From positions 3,534,911-3,598,910 of the forward strand of contig MU058531.1 in assembly GCA_013265495.1 (NCBI GenBank): DNA of 64,000 nt, read 5' to 3'. Source of the DNA: Vicugna vicugna. Taxonomy: Eukaryota. Below the pieces are notes generated by a model that worked only from the letters and a program-made list of their open reading frames with translations, was not told the origin of the DNA and ran no database searches. The position numbers and the translations under genes were made by a program. Positions 54,851 through 64,000 of the stretch are shown here, in pieces (position 1 is the stretch's first letter; every line of letters starts with the position of its first letter).

Positions 54851-55378
54851 GATGGGATGAGACGGCTCCTTGTGCCTGCGCCACCTGCAACAGAATGAGT
54901 CTAGGTTTTCAGCCTCCCTTGTCTTCTGGTTGGGAATCAGTAGATTAACCATCCAGCGGTTAGACATGATCACTGGAAATGCTAGAAGTGGAGGTTACAA
55001 TCACACTATGGAGGGCTCACTGTAACACCCTGGAGTATGAGCTCTGTACTGTACTGAGTGTTCCACGGGAGTCCTTGCGGTTCACCTCCCACCAGCTCTT
55101 TGGTGGCTGCTATTTTTATCCCATTTTCACCTGGATAAACTGATACTGTGTGTTTTCATATAAATCAGCCTTATTCTTTTCTCCTTTTTATCTCTTAAAT
55201 AAATATGCTTTGTGTAATAAATTCACATACAGTGTTTTCTTTTGGACTGAAAAAAACTGCATCTTACCACTCTAAAACTAAATTAGTTCAAATATTTGAT
55301 TTGGCTGTTTCCTGGTGAAAACAGAAGTTTTAAAAAAAACGATGTGGTGGTTTTTTCCTTTTAATTTCCTTTACCTAA

Positions 55379-55468
<90 letters not shown>

Positions 55469-55515
55469 TAACTTTTAACGTGTCTTTGCCCATTATTTAC
55501 GAGCATATATTTTTC

Positions 55516-55778
55516 AAACAGACTTACAGATAACACAGAACAAACTAGCAGTTACCAGTGGGGAAAGGGGTTAGGGGAAGGGCGTGATAGGGAATGGGGC
55601 CTAAGAGGTAAAGCCTACGAGGTATAAAATGAGTAAGATACAAGAATGTAATGTACAGCACAGGGAATATAGCCAATATTTTATAATAACTTTATACAGG
55701 TATAATTCAGTAAAATACTGAATCACTATATTGTGTAGCTGAAACTAATATAAGTCAACTATACTTCAGTTTTTAAAA
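55516..55778 (+). mobile_element. Short LINE-1 3' end inside a small PLCE1 intron
   Basis: aaacagacttacagat...tgtacagcacagggaatatagccaatatttt...tcaactatacttca; TSD ag(c/t)atatatttttc at 55502-55515 and 55779-55792. Confidence 0.88.
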
Positions 55779-55825
55779 AGTATATATTTTTCCTATGCAG
55801 TCCTAAGAAAATTTGTTTCCTCTAG

Positions 55826-55991
55826 GTTTCTGATGGACAAAGATAATTTTGCCTCGAAGAATGATGAGTCACAAGAGAACGTGAAGGAGTTGCAGTTGCC
55901 CCTCTCCTACTATTACATTGAATCTTCACACAACACCTACCTCACAGGCCATCAGCTCAAAGGAGAATCCTCAGTAGAACTCTACAGCCAG
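55826..55991 (+). CDS. PLCE1: PLCE1 coding exon (probable exon 16), start of PI-PLC X box; 166 bp
   Basis: ctctag|GTTTCT...GCCAG|gtactg; encodes FLMDKDNF...[34 protein letters not shown] with the catalytic SSHNTYL motif. Confidence 0.97.
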
Positions 55992-58879
55992 GTACTGAGA
56001 ATTTCACTTGGAACGTGGATTTCTTTAAGCCTTATTTACGTAACCCCCAATGTCACAGAAACCTGACCCCAGACTCCTTTGAAGAACGTATACACTATTA
56101 AATGTGAACTGTGAGGAAACATTATGTGTGGGAAAACTGCTATGTATACAGTGGTTTTCTTTATTTCTTTTTGTTTTCTTTTCCCCCCATCTACGCTTAA
56201 CCTTTATTCTAGACAAAAAAAAAAAAAGTATTTGTTTGAGACTCATAGTTTTTAGATCCAAGTTAGTCTGACCTACTCCTACTAAAATTAGATTTTCCCA
56301 TGGGAAAACTATCTAATCGCTTCACTAAATGCTAAATAAATCAATACATTGTAGTGGGAAAGCATAGTAGAAAATGCAACTTTTGATGAGGTTATTCCCA
56401 AAATATTGTTTGTTTTGCTTTGCAGTTTGTTAGACAATTAATCCATCCCTGTGGCAACCAACTTACAAAAAAAAAAAAACCTACACAGACTGTAAGCATT
56501 ATCTCTACACACTTGAATTCATGGGAATGTTCTTGGAAACACAGAAGGGTCTCTGGACTAGAAAAAGCACATCCTTTTGACGTAAACATCCAGCTCTAAA
56601 TGATCTGCATGTCCATTGCTTCTGTTATATTTTCTGCGACTTCCTTGTCTATGCTGCCTGCTTTGTGAACTCCTACAAGAAGAGTTAATCAGGAAGGAGC
56701 TAATTAGGTCCAGGGAATATAAGTGTGTGTGTGTATGTAGGTGAGGACCGGGGAGAGGGGGGGTCCAACTGTGAAAATTATAGTTGTATTGTTTACACAA
56801 ATCTGGTGGACTTGAGCTTCCTTTGTTCTCCAGATAAGTCTAGATATTCATCAAAGCATGGGTCAAACTTCTGTCCCAAAGCTTGGTATGGAGTATGGAT
56901 TTTACTCAAGTATGGATTTTAAACTCTGAAATCTGAGGTGTTTTTTAGTATGAGATGAAGATGTGTCCTTAGAGTAGTGATTTTTGAAACAGGAGTTTTG
57001 TCAAGGGGGCTTAGCTGCTGACACAGATGAGCAGGCAGTAGAGGGTGCCATATCTGCTGAAGATCTGCTCTTTTATGTGCTTTATATGTTGGCCTTCAGT
57101 TCACACCAAGAATTCCAAGGTTAAAAGAAGTTTGAAATCCATTGTTTTAGAGGGGGAGAGTGAAATGTGTGTGTAGCGGGGTGGTACTTACCCCAGGAAA
57201 ACAAGCAGGGACCAGTGTCCTAGCTTTAATTCCTACCTTGCTTCCCTGTTTGATGCCAGACTGGTTTTGGTTTTGGTTTTTTTTTAACTCCTTAACATTA
57301 CATTCCAAGTAGAGATTGTCACAGCCTCTGAATAAGGTACAAGAACCCCTCAGACAGACTCACAGATGTGATTAAACTTGTGTGAAGCTCCCTTTTACTG
57401 TTTCTTACCACTCTCTGCTCTCCCTCAGCCCACCTATTACCTCCTAACGTTACTGTATGGAGCAGATGAGAAGTGAGAAAAAACCCTGTTCTCACTTGGA
57501 ATTTCCAGCCCTGGTTTTCCTTTTCTAGCCATGTGTGGAGGTCTTCATGTCATGCAGACTGTAATTTAAAAAAAAAATCTTTAGTCTTTTCATGCTGAAA
57601 ACCCATCTCATCTGCTGCTGGTCAGTGAACATTGTTCCCAGCTTAACTTACTATGGAGATGAAGAAGCCTCATGTCCCGGCTGCCACATTACACAACAGT
57701 TTTCAGCCCAGAGCAACATACCTGTAGATACTCTAGCTCCTGAGAGAAGCTGGTCACCTTGGGATTCTTTGCCACAGAATCAGTTCCACCTGAGAAGTTG
57801 GGTCACCTGGGAAAACTGGGTGCTGCATGTTTTGCAATGGACAGAATCTAGCAAGTACCTCACATAAAAATATTAACATAAGGGGAATTCCACCATCCAA
57901 GATATGTTGCAACAACTCTAGTAGCCACTAGCCCCCTGTCCTGGACTGCTGTCACGTGGAAATAGTCACGAGGATTGTTAAATCAGAGAGTTGGCCCATT
58001 CACAGACATATCCATCTCTTAGTTTGGTTGACCCTTCCAGTACATGGTCATCTTTTAAGATGGTCCACAAATCAAGTCAATGAAGGAAGAAGTTGCTCCA
58101 AGTAAAGGTTACAGAGCTGCAACCCAGGCACATGTGTCAGGAGCTCTGCTTCCAGTGCTAGGTCCAGGAGGGCAAGTAGGTATCATCTCACCTAATTCAT
58201 TGATAGCGTTTCCTGTAGTACTTTGCTAAAGAGGCTGTGAGATAACACCTCAGAGCTTAGGGGGCACGTGTATTGTGACTGCTGGCTGATGGCTGCTGTG
58301 TATGTGGCAAGGAAGTGTATGGATTATTTACCATCTCTGCTCTGGATGCTGTTCTAGGACTAGACAGCAAGGCAGGTCCCTTGTGACTCCTTGCTTCTGC
58401 TCTTCTCACACACTGCCTGTTCATTACAGAGGTATTAGCAGATGGCAGAATTTGCATCTAAATAGAGGAGATTTTATCCTGATGGATTCATGTGACTATC
58501 TGGCCAGTTCATTAAGGAATCACTTGCCTCTTCTCTCCTCTAGGCTGTGGCATCAGCATCTGTGTCACCTCCACTGATGTCTGCCCAGATAGAGCTCTAG
58601 TCTGGCTCTCTCATTTCAGGATATATCCTGTGTAGGTCCCTTGAGGGACCAAAATTGTTGGGAAAATGGTCTTTTTTTTTCAGTATATGGTTTCTTTTAT
58701 AAACAATAAAGCATCTTACAAAAGTATTTACTGTATTATAGGAAATAATATTTTGAAGAGCAGTCTCATAATTAGGAAATATGATAAACACTAGTATAAT
58801 TTTGAAGGATTTTAGGAGATCATGAAGATAACATTCCACCAGAGTGGGAATATCCCTCTACAACATCTCTGTTTATATT

Positions 58880-59130
58880 TATTGAACACCTACTACATTT
58901 GAGGCAATCTGTCTTAATGCAATCCAGCTGCATCAACATCAAGTAGCCACTAATTGTTCCTAAGGTTTTTTGTATGTTGAGAATAATTCTCCTATTACAC
59001 TGAAACAAAAATCTTACCCACTTCTGTTCAACAGAATTCCAACCAGTTAACATGTGTTAGGTCAAACTTCCCTACGTCTTTAATTACTATTCATATTGAA
59101 TGTTCAAGACTCTTCACCATGCTAGCCACT
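58880..59130 (-). mobile_element. CR1/L3 fragment
   Basis: ttgagaataattctcctattacactgaa...tcaagactcttcaccatgctagcc resembles antisense L3. Confidence 0.4.
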
Positions 59131-59515
59131 TTTTTTCCCCCTCTTTGGGGGCATGAGACTATATTAAATGTTTCTTTTTTTATAACATCTTAATTATGGT
59201 AGGTTCCTGTACAGTAAACTACACATATTTCAGCTGTACAGTTGGATGAATTTTTATAGATGTATACACCCATGAAACCACCACCACAATCAAGTGGTCA
59301 TGTGTTTTTGCTGTTAGATTTTATCTTCCAGTTGTATTCAGCTCTGGTAAGCACTCTTTTTGCCTAGATCTGTTCTCTGTCTTCTTCTTCCCTGATTAAT
59401 TGTGGCCTTTGGCCAAAATGCAATATTTCTTTTCAATTTTACGCTCTTCTGTTTGAGCCTGAAGTGTGAACACTGATATGTAGAAGTATGTGCTGGATTT
59501 AATCTGAGGCTTTAG

Positions 59516-59686
<171 letters not shown>

Positions 59687-60129
59687 TAAATCAAACCACA
59701 AGGGCTCATTCATCTTCACTCATCATTTAAATGAGTGACTCTTCCAAGTTAGACCTTAGTTTGGGGGTTCTTATCCTAAGTCTAAAGATTTCTTGAAATA
59801 GTGTGGGATGTGTACATGTTCATCTTTCTGGGATTTGATCTAGAACTCTCACTAGATTCTCATTAGACCAGTAGTAACCATTACCTTAAATCAGTTCTCA
59901 TGTAATAATATTGTTGCAATTTTTACATCATGTGATGATATAAAAATGGCAGGGGCTGTTCTCTTGCTATTGGAATTAAAGGTCATTTGTCCTTGTATCC
60001 TGCTGACAAAGGCCAACATCATGTGTTAGGAAATGACTAAATAATTAACATCAGAAAGTAATGAGAATTGGTTCCACCTGAAGAGATTGGTCACCCAGGA
60101 AAGCTGGTCTCACCAGATTATTATTAAAA

Positions 60130-61347
60130 ATTCTCTATATAGTAACATGTCATCGGCATATAGTGACACTTTTACCTCTTCTTTTCCAGTTTGGATCCCT
60201 TTTATTTCTCTCTCTTGCCTGATTGCTGTGGCTAGGACTTCCAAGATGATGTTGAATAGGAGTGGTGATAGTGGGTATCCTTTTGAGTTTTAGTGAGAAG
60301 CTGTTGAGTTTTTCACCATTGAGTACTGTGCTGGCTATAGGTTTGTCATATATAGCTTTTATTATGTTAAGATATGTTCCCTCTATACCCCCTTTGGTGA
60401 GAGTTTTTATCATAAATGGGTGTTGAATTTTATCAAATGCTTTTTCAGCATCTATTGAGATGATCATGTGGTTTTTGGCCTTTCTCTTGTTGATGTGATG
60501 TATTACACTGATTTGCGTATGTTGAACCACTCTACTCTTGTGTCGATGAACCCCACTTGGTCATGATGTATAATCTTTTTTATGTGCTGTTGGATTCTAT
60601 TTGCTAATATTTTGGTGAGGATTTGTGAATCTATGTTCATTAGTGATATTGGCCTATACTTCTCTTGCTTGGTAGTGTCTTTGCCTGGTTTTGGTATCAG
60701 GGTGGTGGCTTCATAAAATGAGTTTGGGAGTATTCCCTCCTTTTCAATCTTCTGGAAGAGTTTGAGAAGGACTGGTATGAGTTCTTTGTATGTTTGGTAG
60801 AATTCCCCAGTGAAGCCGTCTGGTCCTGGACTTTTATTTGTGGGGGGGCGGGTTTATTGCTAATTTGATTTCATTTGTAGCAATCGGTTTGTTCAAGTGG
60901 TCAGTTTCTTCTTGGTTCAGTCTTGGTGGACTGTATGTTTCCAGAAATTTGTCCATCTCCTCTAGGTTATCCATTTGGGTTCCATATAGTTTTTCATAAT
61001 ATTCTAGTATGATATTCTGTATTTCTATTTTGTTTGTTGTAATTTCTCCAGTTTCCTTTCTTATTTTGCTTATTTGTGCTCTCTCTTTTTTCTTCTTTGT
61101 GAGTTTGGCTAGAGGTTTGTCGGTTTTATTTATTTTTTTCAAAAAACCAGCTTTTGGTTTGATTGATTTTTTTTCTATTTTTTTTTCAATCTCTGTTTTA
61201 TTTATTTCCTCCGTGATCTTTATTATTTCCTTCCTTCTGCTGCCTTTTGGGGTTTTTTGCTCTTCTTTTTCTAATTCTTTTAGCTGGTGGGTTAGATTGT
61301 TTATTTGAAATTGTTCTTCTTTTTTGAGGAAGGCCTCTATCGCTATA
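60130..61347 (-). mobile_element. Internal LINE-1 ORF2 fragment (Z domain to RT YADD motif), frameshifted
   Basis: ORF track: KINKTDKPLAKLTKKKKERAQISKIR...EEMDKFLETY and [24 protein letters not shown]; ends just after SLYADDML. Confidence 0.93.
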
Positions 61348-61712
61348 GCCCCAGGTAGATTTGACTATAAACTTCTTGAAAGCAGAATAGTATCTTATGC
61401 CTCATTATTTTTGATGCTGCAACCTACATTTTACAACAATTAAATTTTACCTACAATATACTCACTGTATATGTTGATTTGTTAAGTTCAGGATACTGAT
61501 ATCTGTTCTTTGTAGTATGTGAACAGTACTCAATATGAATAGTTTAATGTCTTTGTAAAAAATAGCCTACTGTATTGCTTAATTTGAAAATACATTTGAA
61601 AAAATGGAAAGCATTTTGGCCAGAGTCTTCTGCATACAACAATTTAGATGCTTTCTGTGGCTCTAAGTACCTTGCCTTCTGACACCCTGGGCGAATATCT
61701 GAACTCTAATGA

Positions 61713-61856
<144 letters not shown>

Positions 61857-62491
61857 TAACTAAGTGACAGAATGGTCTCTTGGCCTTTGTCTTGTGACTG
61901 TTGTGTTTAATTTGGGGCACCATGGACCACACCACAGCTGTGAGGGCATGTGCAATTAGGGTCCCTCAGATGAGAAATGGGGATGCTCTGGGAGCTTGGG
62001 CTCTCCCTTGAATGGTCTATCTTTTCAGCTGGAGTGATAGAAGCACTGTTCTGTGATCTGCTGACCATTTCTAGAAAGCCTTAGGAGATAAAAAAGGCCC
62101 AACTCCCACACTTCTGGTACCACAAATCAGGGATGCTAGGGTGTCACCTGTCAGTTGTATGTGGAAAAGCTGAAAATATCTCAGAGCAAATAAGTCAAGT
62201 GTTCTTGTGGCCCAACTACAGATATGGGGATCCAGGTTGGCAAAAAGATCAGACTAGCCAGAACAGTTGCTGTTAATACTCGGCCCTTCCTTATACAAGG
62301 GAACTATAATGCAGACAGTGTTAAGGGGAAACATTCCATTACACTTTCCTCTTCCCCCACTGGTAGAGGCATTTATGGAAATATGACTCTCAGTGGGAGA
62401 AAGGGGCATGACCAGAGGGAAATGTCCCCAAATACTAATGCCAGCAATACTGGTTAGCCTTTCATACTGTCTTTTCTTTGCCATCATTTAG

Positions 62492-63715
62492 AATAATGAT
62501 CTCTAAACTGTTTTGATTGTATATCCTTATCAGTAAAATATAGTATGTATTCCTACTGTGTGTATATTGACTTAGTTATAAATTATATACATATCCTACA
62601 TAACATGTTTTATGCATTAACTGAGATATGCAAAAATAGAATATAAATGAGAGTAACGTGGAAAGGATGAAGTAAAGAATAACTTTCAAATACTATTATT
62701 TATTAATGATACAAAAACCCTTTTTTGCTGTTATAAAAAATTTAACTAAATTTACTACTTACTTATTATCTAAATTTTTAGTGGGAGTAATGTGACTGAA
62801 CATACTTCATTGTTTTTGAAATTTTTGTGACCGTTGACTTGGATGTCTGATTTTAAGTTCATTTTATTGTTTCAATATTTGCTTTTAAATATATGTATGT
62901 TCATGTATAACTGAAAAATTGTGCTCTACACTGGAAATTGACACAACATTGTAAACTGACTATAACTCAATAAAATAAAAATTTTTTTTAATTTGCTTTT
63001 AACAGCTGTAGTAGCTGATGAAGATGCATGTATCCATTAACTGCATTTGCCAAGTCATGGTACTTATTTCTCAATTCCATTAACGAGGCAAAGGTTTTTA
63101 TTGAAATTTGGCTAGATTATTTGTATGTTTCTTGGTATCAGTTTTTCTGAGAAACTTACTGAAAGGATGTTACCTTTTATATTTTTAACAGGTGAGCTCA
63201 AATTCCACTGAAACCATTAATTTAGAAGATTTTTTAACCATTGGAAAATCTGCTTCCAAGTTGCTTGAGTGTGCATATATGAGAGTTTTTATGTTAACAC
63301 ATATTCTTTCCTACAACAAAATCACATTACAATAGAAATATTTTTAGATATCTGTCTTTACTCCTTCCAGAACTCAAATTTTGTCTGAAAACCAATTACT
63401 TTCTCAATGTTAAAACATTACCCTTATCATATAGGAATAGATTAACAGTGATTTTTATCATTATCATTTGATAACAATGAAGTATAACCACCCACAATAA
63501 ACACAGAAAAGGTCAGAAATTTTAGGATCCTTTCTTAAGAAAATTGCATAACTTAGAAATACTACCTTAACCGCCTTTTCATTATATAAAGTGTGAACTT
63601 CTATATGCTGCAAAAGATTTTCATGATCACTTTTCATCTCATTATAAAATATTTTAAAGAAAAGTCTTTTTCTGAAATTAGCCCTAATGGTGACATCCCA
63701 GGGCACCCAAACTGC
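62492..63715 (-). mobile_element. hAT-Charlie DNA transposon remnant with transposase fragments
   Basis: ORF 63464..63760 has RLFFKIFYNEMKSDHENLLQHIEV, resembling Charlie/Buster transposase (RLF..LC.EM.S.H..LL.HTEVRWL); Charlie-like terminus near 62495. Confidence 0.7.
62889..62990 (+). mobile_element. About 100-bp LINE-1 3' terminus nested in a Charlie element
   Basis: Near-identical to 11860-11945; TSD atttgcttttaa at 62877-62888 and 62991-63002. Confidence 0.88.
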
Positions 63716-63906
63716 AGCCACCTCAATAAGATGGTAGCAAAGATGAGAGGGACTCACCATTGATCCCTCTGCGTCAGGAGAGTCTCCCTTGTCCCCAGGG
63801 GCTTCATGAGCAGCACCTGATACACCAAGGACGCCATTTTCAATCTGAACGTTAAGTACTAATCTTCTATTTGTGTTATTTTTTCATTAAAACATAACTA
63901 GAAGGA

Positions 63907-64000
63907 GGGGGGGGGTATAGCTCAGTGGTGGAATGCATGCTTAGCATGCACGAGGTCCTGGGTTCAATCCCTAGTACCTCTTTTTAAATCAGTCAGTCAA
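63907..64000 (+). mobile_element. tRNA-Ala(AGC)-derived SINE, runs off window end
   Basis: gggggtatagctcagtggtggaatgcatgcttagcatgcacgaggtcctgggttcaatccctagtacctc. Confidence 0.85.

Noticed and set aside
63911..63985. tRNA-Ala(AGC) gene followed by a T5 terminator
   Set aside because: D-stem (GCTC/GAAT) and anticodon stem are mispaired, and it matches the SINE head seen four other times; treated as a SINE.

Overview
Mammalian genomic DNA, most likely camelid given the tRNA-Ala-derived SINEs and artiodactyl-type L1 3' ends. It covers the middle of the PLCE1 (phospholipase C epsilon 1) gene on the + strand. Fourteen internal coding exons (21831-61847) have canonical AG/GT boundaries and splice into one continuous reading frame: RasGEF/CDC25 C-terminal part, PH-like region, linker, EF-hand region and start of the PI-PLC X catalytic box. 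They probably correspond to exons 5-18 of the human model; that numbering is from memory. Bases 1-21830 are the distal part of one long intron. The introns contain L1, L2, MIR, CR1, MLT1, MER/Charlie elements and microsatellites, plus a full-length U6 snRNA retrocopy with target-site duplication (TSD) and a CpG-rich processed MRPS26 pseudogene. Nearly all other ORFs in the track are incidental. I found no evidence of a new multi-gene system. The most unusual features are retrotransposition structures and several alternative or recursive splice signals. The retrotransposition structures are an apparent head-to-head composite insertion containing the MRPS26 retrocopy, a perfect 34-bp inverted templated copy at an L1 5' junction, and a twin-primed L1. 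Repeat boundaries and subfamily names are approximate, judged by eye.
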